Assembly (NCBI GenBank): GCA_963827235.1 | Contig: CAWHAE010000010.1 | Span: 736,001-800,000 of the forward strand | Length of the DNA: 64,000 bases | Reading direction: 5' to 3' | From: an uncultured bacterium | Lineage (GTDB): Bacteria > Chloroflexota > UBA5177 > JANWHV01 | Shown: positions 39,901-50,533 of the stretch, piece after piece | How the letters are laid out: the number at the start of each line of letters is the position of its first letter | How positions within the stretch are numbered: the first letter of the stretch is position 1 | Translations under genes and position numbers: made by a program | Notes under the pieces: generated by a model | Databases searched by the model: none | Told to the model about the DNA's origin: nothing | What the model saw: only the letters and a program-made list of their open reading frames with translations

Positions 39901-39986
39901 TTGACAACGCTGCCGGGCAGTGCTAGGATTGCTCCAGTTATCGGTAACTGGTATCGCTAACAGGTATCGATGCCAGTAATCGCAGC
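39901..39986 (+). promoter_or_regulatory. Promoter TTGACA-N17-TAGGAT followed by four 13-bp tandem LacI-like operator units
   Basis: CAGTTATCGGTAA/CTGGTATCGCTAA/CAGGTATCGATGC/CAGTAATCGCAGC at 39935-39986. Confidence 0.75.
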
Positions 39987-40007
39987 CGGTTCCTGATGTG
40001 AGGCTCG

Positions 40008-41213
40008 ATGACCGCACGCATGAAGGACGTCGCCGCACGGGCAGGCGTCTCTACACAAACGGTGAGCAGGGTCTTGCGCGACCACCACTGGGTCGCCCCG
40101 GAGACTGCCGCCCGCGTGCGGAAGGCCGCGGAGGAGCTGGGTTATCACGGCAACGAAGTAGCCGGAGCGCTGAAGCGCGGACGCACGCGCACCCTTGGTC
40201 TCCTGTTCCCCCTGCTCACCATGTCCATCTGGAGCGACGTGGCCGAAGGCGCCGAGGAGCTGGCCCACGAGCGCGGCTACTCGCTCTTGCTCTGTGATAC
40301 CGGCGACTACAGCGAGAAGGAAGCGCTCAACCTTGCCCTCCTGCTCAGTCATCGCGTGGCGGGCATCGTGTATGTCGAGCCGCGGTGCCGGCCGGAGACG
40401 CATCCAGCCTGTGCCTCGCTCGTTAACTCGAAGCTGCCCGTGGTCGTGATCAGCGGCCAGCCTGACGACCTACCGTACGCGCACCTGCGCACCGACGACT
40501 GGCGGGCAGGCTACGTCGGCGTTCGTCACCTACTCGACCTGGGGCGCACCTCGATCCAGGTGGTATCGAACAGACTGCACTACGTCTCGCTGGAGCAGGG
40601 CCAGACTATCGCCAACCACGTGGCGGATCGCATTGCCGGCGGCCGCGCGGCGCTGGACGAGGCCGGCAGCAGCGAGATACTCGCCCGGCCCTTGAGCGTG
40701 CCGAACACGCTCGAGGGAGGTCGCCAGGCAGGTCACGCGCTATTGAACGCCGGCCTTCCGGCCGCCTGTGGCGTGTTTGCGACTACCGACGTCATTGCCC
40801 TGGGGATTCTGGAAGCGCTGCGCGAGCGCGGCGTGCGTGTGCCGGAGGATGTTGCCATCGTCTCGCATGACGGCCTGCTCGCGTCCTCGGTCTCGGTGCC
40901 CGCCATCACAACCATCGAGCCGCCGATGGCAGAGATGGGGCGGACAAGCGTCGACCTGCTGCTACAGGTCATGGATGGCCACGTTCCCCCGCCGTTGACC
41001 GTGCTCGACGCCCAGTTCGTCGTGCGCGAGTCAACTATCGGGTGCGGACCGGCGCCCCGGGCCGGCGTCCGAGCTCCGCTGTCGGATCCTGAAGCCTGGA
41101 ACCGTTGGCGCTTCGCTCTGCGGGAGAGCGGCGGCGTCTGGGCAGGACCGGCCGAGAATCTGGCGTACGTTCGAGACGAAGCGGCCTCGAACACGTGCCT
41201 TGCCGAAACCTGA
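40008..41213 (+). CDS. LacI-family regulator of the arabinose/arabinan cluster
   Basis: MKDVAARAGVSTQTVSRVL HTH; periplasmic-binding-like domain. Confidence 0.92.
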   Translation: MTARMKDVAARAGVSTQTVSRVLRDHHWVAPETAARVRKAAEELGYHGNEVAGALKRGRTRTLGLLFPLLTMSIWSDVAEGAEELAHERGYSLLLCDTGDYSEKEALNLALLLSHRVAGIVYVEPRCRPETHPACASLVNSKLPVVVISGQPDDLPYAHLRTDDWRAGYVGVRHLLDLGRTSIQVVSNRLHYVSLEQGQTIANHVADRIAGGRAALDEAGSSEILARPLSVPNTLEGGRQAGHALLNAGLPAACGVFATTDVIALGILEALRERGVRVPEDVAIVSHDGLLASSVSVPAITTIEPPMAEMGRTSVDLLLQVMDGHVPPPLTVLDAQFVVRESTIGCGPAPRAGVRAPLSDPEAWNRWRFALRESGGVWAGPAENLAYVRDEAASNTCLAET

Positions 41214-41314
41214 AGGGAGGTGAGCCGGGAGAGACATCCTCGTGTCGCAGACACACAGGGGCGACGGTGAATCGGAGTTATCGGGTGAAGTCATACCGAG
41301 CACAGCACTAGGAG

Positions 41315-42682
41315 GTGCAGACCTTGAATACGCCACGTGATGCCATCTCTCGCAGCTCGTTCCTCAAGGGTGCAGCAGCCGTCACCGCGGCGGCAGCCGC
41401 GTCGAGCGTTGCCGCCGGTGCCGTACATGCCGCCAGCAAGCCGCGCGCAATCCCGAATGTGAACCTTGGCGATTCGATCTCGGGCGACGTTTATCTGTGG
41501 GATGCCCAGCCGCTGTACACGGCGCAGCAGGTAGCTGCGTTCAACGCGGTATATCCCAACGTCAAGGTGCATCAGAAGACCATACAGTATCTTCCCAAGA
41601 CCCCGAGCGAATCCACCCAGCTGATAACGGGCGTCGACCTGCCCGATGCCGTCTTCCACGTCGAGGACGCCTACCTTGGGCGGTATGCCGAGGCGCTGTA
41701 CGACGTCAGCCAGCAGATTGCTCCCTTCGAGAAGCAAATCGCGCCGTTCAAGCTGGCGGTCTGCAAGCAGGGCGGCCGCACTATCGCCATACCGGACGAT
41801 CTCTGCCCGGCGTTTCTGATCTACAACACGGACATCATCGCCAAGGCCGGCGTGGATGTAAGCAAGATTGTCACCTACGACGACCTGATCGCAGCGGCCC
41901 TGACGGTGCAAAAGAAGGTTCCCACCTGCCCGCAGCCGATTGGCTTCCTCGACGGCCCAGACTTCCTCACCTTCGTGATGGAAGGCATGGCATGGCAGCA
42001 GCACTCCGGGCACATCGACGCCAACGGTAAGCTCAATCTCAAGGCACCTGCCTACACCAACGGCTTCAAGTACCTCGAGAAGGCAGCCAAGGCAGGCGTG
42101 GTCGGCACGGCCATATGGATGACCCCAGACCTCTACAACAAGTGGAACAAGGGTCAGGTCGCCTTCATGCACTTTGCCGACTGGTTCACGCACTGGAACG
42201 AGCCGGGCCTCAAGCCCATCTGGGGCAAGATCGGTCTGGCCAAGCAGCCGGTGTTCAATCCCAAGACCGACAGCCCATATTCCATCATGGGTGGATCCGC
42301 CTGGGTCGTGCCGGCCAAGGCAAAGCGCCCCGACCTAGGCGCCCTGCTCGGCACCTTCTTTATGCTCGATCCTCGAGGCCTGAAGGCGGCCGGAAACAAC
42401 CTGGCCTGGGAGGCCATCCTGCCCGCATGCCAGGCCGACTGGGACTTCAGCAACATGGTGCGACCGATCATCAACAAGTCGATCGACGAGCATAAGCTGC
42501 TGGTGACTGCCGCGCTTGGAACGCCGCCGAGCTATCGCTACGCTCCGTGGTATGCCGACACCTTCCCGTACTACGGTGGATCGGCAGTACGGTCCTGCCT
42601 GCTCGGCCAGCTGAGCGCGGCCGACGCACAGGCGGCTGCCTACAACGCCGTTCAAGACAACGTCGTGGCTCGCGCCCGCTAG
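41315..42682 (+). CDS. Carbohydrate ABC solute-binding protein (likely arabino-oligosaccharides)
   Basis: Tat-like ISRSSFLKG signal; MGGSAW; precedes permeases and GH51. Confidence 0.88.
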   Translation: MQTLNTPRDAISRSSFLKGAAAVTAAAAASSVAAGAVHAASKPRAIPNVNLGDSISGDVYLWDAQPLYTAQQVAAFNAVYPNVKVHQKTIQYLPKTPSESTQLITGVDLPDAVFHVEDAYLGRYAEALYDVSQQIAPFEKQIAPFKLAVCKQGGRTIAIPDDLCPAFLIYNTDIIAKAGVDVSKIVTYDDLIAAALTVQKKVPTCPQPIGFLDGPDFLTFVMEGMAWQQHSGHIDANGKLNLKAPAYTNGFKYLEKAAKAGVVGTAIWMTPDLYNKWNKGQVAFMHFADWFTHWNEPGLKPIWGKIGLAKQPVFNPKTDSPYSIMGGSAWVVPAKAKRPDLGALLGTFFMLDPRGLKAAGNNLAWEAILPACQADWDFSNMVRPIINKSIDEHKLLVTAALGTPPSYRYAPWYADTFPYYGGSAVRSCLLGQLSAADAQAAAYNAVQDNVVARAR

Positions 42683-42734
42683 GATCGGGCAGATCACCGG
42701 CCGCTCGCGGCCCTGAAGAAGCATTGGTACGAGT

Positions 42735-42769
42735 CCGGTGGCAGGTACCCTGAGGGTACCTGCCACCGG
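42735..42769. terminator. 16-bp perfect hairpin after SBP gene (mRNA stabiliser or partial terminator)
   Basis: ccggtggcaggtaccc-tga-gggtacctgccaccgg. Confidence 0.7.
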
Positions 42770-42789
42770 CGGAGGACTGGATCAGCACT

Positions 42790-43764
42790 ATGTCGCAAGC
42801 CCAGCCGCAGAACGTGACTGCCCCTGCGTCGTCCCAAGCGCCGGTGGGCATGCCCATGCGGCGCCGAGCGTCGAGCTGGCGCTACCGGCTCGGCAAGGGC
42901 GTTCCGTACCTCTACGTCGCTCCTTTCTTCTTGGTGTTCTTTACTTTCTTTGCTTATCCGCTCGCGTATTCCTTCTTCGTTAGCCTGCATCGGTGGGACG
43001 GCATTGGCCCAATGAGGCCGGTCGGCTGGGACAACTACACCTTTGCGCTCGGCAACGATTTCTTCTGGAACTCGATCAAGACGACGGGGCTTCTCTGGCT
43101 GATGGCGCTGCCGCTGGGCATTGCGGTGTCCATGATCGTCGCCGTGGTGTGGAACTCCGGATCATTTCGTGGGCGGAACGTAGCCATCGTCATGTATCTC
43201 ATGCCCGCCGTGATCTCAATCGTCGCCGTCTCGGTCGTCTTCCGCATACTGTACGACCAGAGTGCCGGCCCAATCGACGCCATCATTACCACAGTGGGCT
43301 TTCCGGCCGTCCCCTGGCTCTCGGATGAGGCGTGGGCGCGGGTGGCCCTGGGAATCGTCAGGCTCTGGGAGAGCATCGGACTTGGTGCACTCTTCTACTT
43401 CGCATCGTTGCAGGGCATATCGCGCGAGATCTACGATGCTTCGTCGGTCGACGGCTGTTCACCAGTACGGCAGTTCTGGAGCATCACGATGCCGCTTCTG
43501 GCACGCACGACGCTCTTTCTCGCCGTGATCAATACGCTGCAGGTGTTCAGCATGTTTGCCGAGCCGCAGCTCGTCATGAACAGCGGCGGACCAAACAACG
43601 CCACCACTACGGTCGGCTTCTACCTCTTCACGCTGGTGCAGAACCTCGATCTCGGCACCGCATCCGCGGTGTCCTTCTTGATGACGGTCGGCATGATGTT
43701 GGTCTCCATCGCCTTGTTCCTTGCCGCGAGGCACTGGACTGAGGACGGGGGCACATCTTCCTAG
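42790..43764 (+). CDS. Carbohydrate ABC permease (MalF-like)
   Basis: LQGISREIYDASSVDG; GGPNNAT. Confidence 0.9.
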   Translation: MSQAQPQNVTAPASSQAPVGMPMRRRASSWRYRLGKGVPYLYVAPFFLVFFTFFAYPLAYSFFVSLHRWDGIGPMRPVGWDNYTFALGNDFFWNSIKTTGLLWLMALPLGIAVSMIVAVVWNSGSFRGRNVAIVMYLMPAVISIVAVSVVFRILYDQSAGPIDAIITTVGFPAVPWLSDEAWARVALGIVRLWESIGLGALFYFASLQGISREIYDASSVDGCSPVRQFWSITMPLLARTTLFLAVINTLQVFSMFAEPQLVMNSGGPNNATTTVGFYLFTLVQNLDLGTASAVSFLMTVGMMLVSIALFLAARHWTEDGGTSS

Positions 43765-43892
43765 GCAGGTATTGCGGTGCAACCAATCTCTATTGGCCGG
43801 GGCGTCAGGGACCGCGGGGCAGCGCAGCCTGCGGGTGGAAGCTGCAGTGGCGGGCAAGAAGCCCACGAAGCTCGACTCAGCGAGGTGAACCG

Positions 43893-44786
43893 ATGAGCAT
43901 GAATGCGCCGGCAGTGACCAGTAGGGAACGGCAGGGACCGATATCCGCCAACCGCGTCGGCGGACTCTTGCTGATCGCGCTGGTCTGGCTCGGTGGGGTG
44001 ATCTCCGTTTTTCCCCTCATCTGGACGTTCATCTCGTCCTTTCGCCCGGACGTCAGCTTCCTGAACTCTCCGTTCGTCGTCGACCCGCGCACGCTGATGA
44101 TCACCAACTACAAGAACGCGCTGAGCGACGGGTCATTGATGACCGGCTTCAAGAACACCTCGGTCGAGGTGCTGATCATCCTGGCAACGACGCTCTTCTT
44201 CTGTCCGCTTGCCGGATACGCATTCGCCAAGTTCGAGTTTCGCGGCAAGAGACTGCTGTTCGGCCTGATGATGCTGACTCTGTTCTTCGTGCCGATCACC
44301 CAGTATGTGCCCCTGCTCCTCGAGATGAAGGAGATCAACTGGGTCAATACCTACCAGGCTCTCGTCATGCCGCTGGTGATCAGCTCCCTCGGAATTTTCT
44401 GGATGACAGGCACGATCACAGGCGTGCCCAACGAGCTCCTGCAATCGGCGCGAGTGGACGGCTGCGGTACGTTCCAGACGTGGCTGCGCATCGTGATGCC
44501 GGTCATCCGGCCGGCACTGGTCAGTCTTGCCGTGGTCACGTTTCTCTCGGCGTACAACGACTACTTCTGGCCGCTGCTCATCCTGCCGGGAACCGAGATG
44601 CAGACTATTCAGGTGGCTCTGTTCTCCTTCGTCAACGCGCTGTTCAACAGCGAGACCGGCAGCGCGGCGAGCTGGGGCCCGCTCCTTGCCGCCAGCGCAA
44701 TCGTGTTCCTGCCCACCATCGTGGTGTTTCTGATCATGCAGCAGTACTTCATTCGCGGCATGATGGAAGGCAGCGTCAAAGAGTAG
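43893..44786 (+). CDS. Carbohydrate ABC permease (MalG-like)
   Basis: AGYAFAKFEFRGK; PNELLQSARVDG; NDYFWP. Confidence 0.9.
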   Translation: MSMNAPAVTSRERQGPISANRVGGLLLIALVWLGGVISVFPLIWTFISSFRPDVSFLNSPFVVDPRTLMITNYKNALSDGSLMTGFKNTSVEVLIILATTLFFCPLAGYAFAKFEFRGKRLLFGLMMLTLFFVPITQYVPLLLEMKEINWVNTYQALVMPLVISSLGIFWMTGTITGVPNELLQSARVDGCGTFQTWLRIVMPVIRPALVSLAVVTFLSAYNDYFWPLLILPGTEMQTIQVALFSFVNALFNSETGSAASWGPLLAASAIVFLPTIVVFLIMQQYFIRGMMEGSVKE

Positions 44787-44808
44787 CACGTTACGAAACG
44801 AGGCAGTT

Positions 44809-46315
44809 GTGAATCACGCACTCGTGCACCTGGATACAGAGTACGGCGCAGGTCCCATAGACCGGCGTGTCTTCGGCGGGTTCCTGGAGCATCTCGGACG
44901 ATCGGTGTATGAGGGAGTCTATGATCCCGGCAATCCGTTGAGTGACGGTCGCGGCTACAGGCGCGATGTTCTCGAGGCTCTGCGGCCACTGCAGATGCCC
45001 GTCATGCGGTACCCGGGTGGCAACTTTGTCAGCTGTTATGACTGGCGCCATGGAATCGGCCCCCGCGAGAGCCGACCGGTGCGGCCGGATTATGCGTGGC
45101 GGAGCTTCGAATCCAACCAGTTCGGCACAGACGAGTTCATGCAATGGGCCGCCGATCTTGGAACAGCGCCGATGATGGCCGTAAACCTCGGCACCGCGGG
45201 TACCGCGGAAGCGGCGCAGCTTCTCGAATACTGCAACCTGGCGCCCGGATCCTACTGGGCAGACATGCGGGCTCAGTATGGTCACCGCGAGCCCTACGCC
45301 GTGAAGATCTGGTGCCTCGGCAACGAGATGGACGGCCCCTGGCAAGCCGGGCACGTTCCCGCCGCGGTCTATGCCCAGCGGGCCGAGCAGGCGGCGGTGG
45401 TGATGAAGGGCCTCGATCCGAGCATCGAAACCGTGATCTGCGGGTCTTCCGGGCGCGAGATGGGCACGTACCTGCAATGGGATCGCGAGGTTCTCGAGTA
45501 TTGCTGGGAAAGCGTCGACTATGTGTCCGCCCACCAGTACAGCGAAAACCGGCGCAACGACAGCAACTGGTTCCTGGCTGAAGGCGTCGCCATCGACCGC
45601 ACGATCGACGACTATCGGGGTCTGCTCGACTACGTGCGCGGGCGGAAGAAGAGTGCCAAGCGCGTGCACCTCTCCTTCGACGAGTGGAATGTCTGGTATC
45701 GGGCACGAGGGCCCAAGCACGAGGATGGCTCCTGGACGCAAGCGCCGCATCTGCTCGAGGAGTCCTACAACCTGGAGGACGCCCTGGTCTGCGCTCAGTA
45801 TCTGGCCAGCTTCGTGCGCAACGCCGACGTCGTCAAGGTGGCCTGTATCGCTCAGGTGGTCAACGTGATCGCCCTGATCATGACCAACCAGCGCGGCGTG
45901 CTCAAGCAGACGATCTATCACCCGTTCAAGCTCTTCTCCCAATTTGCCAGGGGTGTTGCCCTCACCCCGGCGATCGATGGCCCGACATACCATGCCGGCG
46001 ACAGAGGAGAGGTGCCGGTAGTAGACGCGGCCGCGAGCTTCGATGCCGGCACGGGCATCGCTTCCGTCTTCGTCATCAACCGGAGTGCGAACGAAGAGCT
46101 GGCCCTGAACGTCCAGCTCGCCGATCGACGAGATCCTCGAGGTAGTCGGAGTGGATACGCTGGGAGGCGGCGACGTCAAGTCCGCGAACACGTGGGAAGC
46201 GCCGAACGCTGTGACCAGCGTGCCCGACACGGCGGCGATAGCAGGCGATGGACGTGTCAAGGTCACGGTGCCGGCACCCGGACTCTCGGTGGTACGCCTG
46301 GCGCTCGGCCGCTGA
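44809..46315 (+). CDS. abfA: GH51 alpha-L-arabinofuranosidase (one frameshift near 46129; corrected stop 46315)
   Basis: FLEHLGR, RYPGGNF, WCLGNEMDGPWQ, FDEWNVW; C-terminus DVKSANTWEAPNAV..PAPGLSVVRL lies in the +1 frame. Confidence 0.9.
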
Positions 46316-46605
46316 GCGACTCGGCGAGTGTCCATCGCGGTGCCAGCACGGGGCTGCAGCACAACCGAAGGCGTGTATCGCACAGAGTCGGCCACGAGCG
46401 TGGGGGAGTGCATGTTGCCGATTGGCGGAACGGCCAACGGTTCTTCCGGCAGCGCATCCGGATCGCGTCGCGGAGCCGTCCGCGGGCCCGATTCCGCGTC
46501 GTTCCGAACGGATGCCCGGCCGATTCAGCACCGGCCGGGTAGCATACGGTGTACGGTAGTCTTCGCGGGTGCGAAGAGCCCTGAGCTCTGGTGTGAGGCT
46601 TCCCG

Positions 46606-47607
46606 ATGAAGTACATCTTTGCGGCGCTGGTCATCCTCTCCACTCTCGGTCCTGCCAGCACTGAAGCCTCGCGTGCGGACGCCGCGGCGGCAACAGACTA
46701 CACGTTCGTGCACGATCCCAGCATGATCAAGGATGGAAGCACGTACTACGTGTTCTCGACCGGCGATCAGGCCGTGGGCAACGGCAACGTGCAGATCCGA
46801 TCCTCGCGCGACCTCAAACACTGGGAGTTCCTCGGTACGGTATTCGACGACATCCCAGCCTGGGCCGTGGACGCAGTCCCCGGTGTCACCAATATCTGGG
46901 CACCGGACATCTCGTACTTCAACCGGCTCTACCACCTCTATTACGCGGTCTCTACCTTCGGCAGCCAGGACTCGTACATCGGCCTCGCCACGAACCCCAC
47001 GCTCGACCCTGCGAGCAAATCCTACAAATGGGCGGACCGCGGGCCGGTGCTGAACTCGGACAGCAGCGACGACTGGAATGCCATCGATCCCAATCTGTCG
47101 TTCGACATCCAGGGCCGGGCGTGGCTCGCTTTCGGCTCTTTCTGGGGAGGGATCAAGATGCGCCGCATCGACCCAGCCACGGGGAAGCTGTCCGGCCTCG
47201 ACCACACGACCTACTCATTGGCCTTTCGGCCGGGCTCTAACGCCGTGGAAGCGGCGTCCATCATCTACCGCGAGCCATACTACTACCTCTTCGTTTCCTT
47301 CGATCGCTGCTGCGCCGGAGTGTCGAGCACCTACAAGACCATGGTTGGCCGTGCCAGGACCATTCAAGGACCCTACCTGGATCGCGCAGGCAAACCGATG
47401 ATGGACGGCGGTGGCACGCAAATCCTGGCCAGCGCCGGCCATCTGATTGGGCAGGGCGGAGGAACCGCCATGCGAGACGGCCCGCGGTACCTGTACGTGC
47501 ACCACTACTACGACGGCAACGACAATGGCAATGCCAAGCTTGCCATTCACGTCCTCACCTTTACGGCTTCCGATTGGCCGGTGGCGGGATCCCTGATCAC
47601 TCCTTGA
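46606..47607 (+). CDS. Secreted GH43 endo-1,5-alpha-L-arabinanase
   Basis: VHDPS, WAPDI, NAIDPN, FGSFWGGI, VEAA, SFDRCCAG. Confidence 0.9.
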   Translation: MKYIFAALVILSTLGPASTEASRADAAAATDYTFVHDPSMIKDGSTYYVFSTGDQAVGNGNVQIRSSRDLKHWEFLGTVFDDIPAWAVDAVPGVTNIWAPDISYFNRLYHLYYAVSTFGSQDSYIGLATNPTLDPASKSYKWADRGPVLNSDSSDDWNAIDPNLSFDIQGRAWLAFGSFWGGIKMRRIDPATGKLSGLDHTTYSLAFRPGSNAVEAASIIYREPYYYLFVSFDRCCAGVSSTYKTMVGRARTIQGPYLDRAGKPMMDGGGTQILASAGHLIGQGGGTAMRDGPRYLYVHHYYDGNDNGNAKLAIHVLTFTASDWPVAGSLITP

Positions 47608-47872
47608 CGGCGCAGATCCCGGCGCATTGGCTGTACACTAGGGGTTGCCAAAACAGGTCGCGGGCAACGGTTCTGCGCTACTCGACGCAAGGACCGATAC
47701 TGCTTCCGGGGAAGTGTCTGGTCTGCGCACATGCGATCGCCACGATCGACGACGCATACCGTGGCTGTTCGGACCGGGGACCTCCAGGCACCGTGCTCGG
47801 GCACGCCTGGCCGTTCTCGGTCGCTCAGTGGTAGCGCCGAGCCCGCGGCAGGTAGCTGGTGGGGGGATACGG

Positions 47873-49153
47873 ATGTCGATCCGGATGAGCGACGTGGCCA
47901 AGGTGGCAGGCGTATCGACGCAGACTGTGAGCAGAGTGCTCCGAGGCGAGCAGTGGGTAGCCGAAGGCACCGCTGAGCGCGTCCGGCAGGCGATAAGCAC
48001 TCTCGGCTACCACGGCAACGAGGTCGCAGGAGCCCTGAAGCGCGGACACTCACGTACATTCGGCCTCTTATTCCCGCTGCATGCCAGGTCAATCTGGAGC
48101 GACGTGGCCGAAGGGGTGGAGTCGCTGGCGCATGAGGCTGGCTTTTCGCTTCTCCTGTGCGACACCAGCGACTCCATCGAGAAGGAAGCGGCGAACCTCT
48201 CTCTCCTCATGAGCCACCGCGTAGCGGGAATCATCTACGTTGAGCCTCGGTGCAGGCCGGACGCACATCCCGCCTGCGCAGCCCTGATCGCCTCCAAGCT
48301 GCCGGTAGTGGTGATCAGTGCCGAACAAGGGGATCTCCCTTACGTGCACCTGCGCACCGACGACGAGCGGGCCGGATACGTCGCCGTTCGCCATCTTCTG
48401 GATCTGGGCCGCCGCTCGATCTGCGTCGTGGCAAACGGTCTGCCCGAGCTGGCCGGCCCCGGCGGCGAGACGCTCGTCCCCACCGCTCACGTCCAGGACC
48501 GCATTCGAGGAGCCCAACGCGCACTCGCTAAAGCGCCTCACAATGCGCGGCTCCAATCGCTCGTCGTGGTGCCAAACACCCTCGAGGGGGGCCGGCGTGC
48601 CGCGCTGACGATCGTGAACGGCCGGTCGGATCCTGCCGACGCGGTCTTCACTACGACGGATGCCATCGCGCTGGGCCTCCTTGAAGAGCTGCGCGCGCGC
48701 GGAATCGGCGTACCCGAGAGCGTTGCGCTGGTCTCTCACGATGGTCTGTTCGCCTCGTCGGTAGCGACGCCGGCACTGACCACGATCGTGCCGCCCATGC
48801 ATGCTATGGGCCGAGCGAGCGTCGAACTCCTGCTTCGCGTGATTGCGGGCGAGTTGCCGGAACCCCGCAACGTACTGGATGCGCAGCTCATCGTTCGCGA
48901 GTCGACCATCGGTCTCGGAGTGGGCGCAAGGCATGGCTTTGCTACCGCTCTTTCCGACGATCGGGCGTGGGCGCAGTGGCGTGTCCAGAATGCGGCACCG
49001 GCAGAAGGGTCGTGCGAGCCCAATGGTGAGCTGAAAGAACCGGGACCCCGGCGCGAACGTAGCATGGCGGGCGCCGCGCGCCGCTCAAGCGGCGCGAGTG
49101 CCCGTCGCCACACCAGTCGCCTAGTGCCAGGGAGGGAGACCGATGCGGTGTAG
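47873..49153 (+). CDS. LacI-family regulator, paralogue of 40008-41213
   Basis: MSDVAKVAGVSTQTVSRVL; shares GYHGNEVAGALKRG and YVEPRCRP..HPACA. Confidence 0.9.
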   Translation: MSIRMSDVAKVAGVSTQTVSRVLRGEQWVAEGTAERVRQAISTLGYHGNEVAGALKRGHSRTFGLLFPLHARSIWSDVAEGVESLAHEAGFSLLLCDTSDSIEKEAANLSLLMSHRVAGIIYVEPRCRPDAHPACAALIASKLPVVVISAEQGDLPYVHLRTDDERAGYVAVRHLLDLGRRSICVVANGLPELAGPGGETLVPTAHVQDRIRGAQRALAKAPHNARLQSLVVVPNTLEGGRRAALTIVNGRSDPADAVFTTTDAIALGLLEELRARGIGVPESVALVSHDGLFASSVATPALTTIVPPMHAMGRASVELLLRVIAGELPEPRNVLDAQLIVRESTIGLGVGARHGFATALSDDRAWAQWRVQNAAPAEGSCEPNGELKEPGPRRERSMAGAARRSSGASARRHTSRLVPGRETDAV

Positions 49154-50312
49154 CCACTGTAATCACGACGTTCCCGATGGTGTGTTCTGTACGTTATGCG
49201 GCGCTCACGAGGCCACGACGAGACAGGCGGGCAACGCGGCCAAGCGCGTATCGCACTACGCAGCCTATCCCGGGGAACACGTGTTCCATCCAGGGATCTT
49301 CACCACATTATTCCCGCACCTCGGCCAGAACAAGGTGCACGAGTTTCGCTGGGCATTTCTTGCAGGCGTTGCCGCGCTGTTCGTCCTCGACATGGCAGGA
49401 ATGGTGACCGCGGCAATTCTCACTGCCGCGCTGCTCGTCCCGGCGCTTTACCTCATCTACCTGTATGAAGCGCAGGTGTACCGCGACGCGCCGGCGCAGG
49501 CACTGGGATTCACCATCGGGGGCGGTGTGATCCTGGGCATCGTCATGACCCTGATAGTCGACCACTTCGTCAGCTCGGTCACGCTTGGGGGCCCGGTCGG
49601 CAACTGGACGAGCGAGCTGGGAGGCCCCGTGGGCGGCGACGTCAGCACCCTCATCACGCTCTGCATCGTCGTCCCGATCATCCAGGAAGTGCTCAAACCG
49701 CTGCCTGCCTTGCTCCTGCGAGAGGTGTCCGATTTCCGGGAGACAGCAGACGGGCTCGTGTTCGGCGTGGCCGCTGGTCTCGGCTTCGGCGTGGCAGAGT
49801 CGATCATCCGCTTCTCCTCCGTGCTGGGTAGCCTGGAGAATCGCACTGATCCGGGCAACTGGATCTATCCGCTCCTGACCATCGCGATCACGCTCCCGAT
49901 TCTGCAGGGAAGCGCGACCGGCGCCATCGTGGCGGCGGTCTGGCGCTTGCGGCGGGGCACAGCCGCGCTGCGCGACGCCGGCGTGGTAGTGTTGGCGGTC
50001 GTGGCGCATGTGTGCTTCATCTATGTCAGCCAGTTAATGAGCGATCGCGGCCAGTCGCAGCTCACCATCCTGGCCTGGCAGGCAGCGGTGGACGGTACGC
50101 TGCTGATCGGCGTGCGCTATATCTTGCACCACGCGCTGCTCGACGAAGCCCACCACCTCGGCTTCGCGGAGACGATCTGTCCCAACTGCCACCGGCATAT
50201 CGTGGCCGCCGCATTCTGTCACAGCTGCGGCAAAGCTCTATCTGCCGTTCCGGCCGCGGTCGCGAGTGAACGCAAGCCGGTCGCGACCGCGACGAAACCG
50301 GCCGAGGCGTAG
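49143..50312 (+). CDS. PrsW-like intramembrane protease-family protein with terminal zinc ribbons
   Basis: N- and C-terminal CxxC..FCxxCG; IIQEVLK, GLGFGVAES; multiple TM helices. Confidence 0.72.
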   Translation: MRCSHCNHDVPDGVFCTLCGAHEATTRQAGNAAKRVSHYAAYPGEHVFHPGIFTTLFPHLGQNKVHEFRWAFLAGVAALFVLDMAGMVTAAILTAALLVPALYLIYLYEAQVYRDAPAQALGFTIGGGVILGIVMTLIVDHFVSSVTLGGPVGNWTSELGGPVGGDVSTLITLCIVVPIIQEVLKPLPALLLREVSDFRETADGLVFGVAAGLGFGVAESIIRFSSVLGSLENRTDPGNWIYPLLTIAITLPILQGSATGAIVAAVWRLRRGTAALRDAGVVVLAVVAHVCFIYVSQLMSDRGQSQLTILAWQAAVDGTLLIGVRYILHHALLDEAHHLGFAETICPNCHRHIVAAAFCHSCGKALSAVPAAVASERKPVATATKPAEA

Positions 50313-50533
50313 CCGGTGCAGGGCCATGCGGTGCCATGGCGCGACCGCAGACCTCAGACTTGCCGGCGTGAGCAGGCTGCCGCCTCGCGGCCGGGCGTGC
50401 CGGGTGCCACGGCAAGCGCCGCACGCGCGCCGTGACGAGCAGTCACGCTGCCCTTACGGTAGCCGCGCCTGAGATGGAGGGTCCACGAGACCCAGGAGCT
50501 CCGTGGTCGATCGGCGTGTGAGAAGGAGGACAC

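Noticed and set aside
46316-46542. Arg-rich C-terminal extension of GH51 in the ORF track
   Set aside because: Artefact of the frameshift near 46129; the real C-terminus ends at 46315
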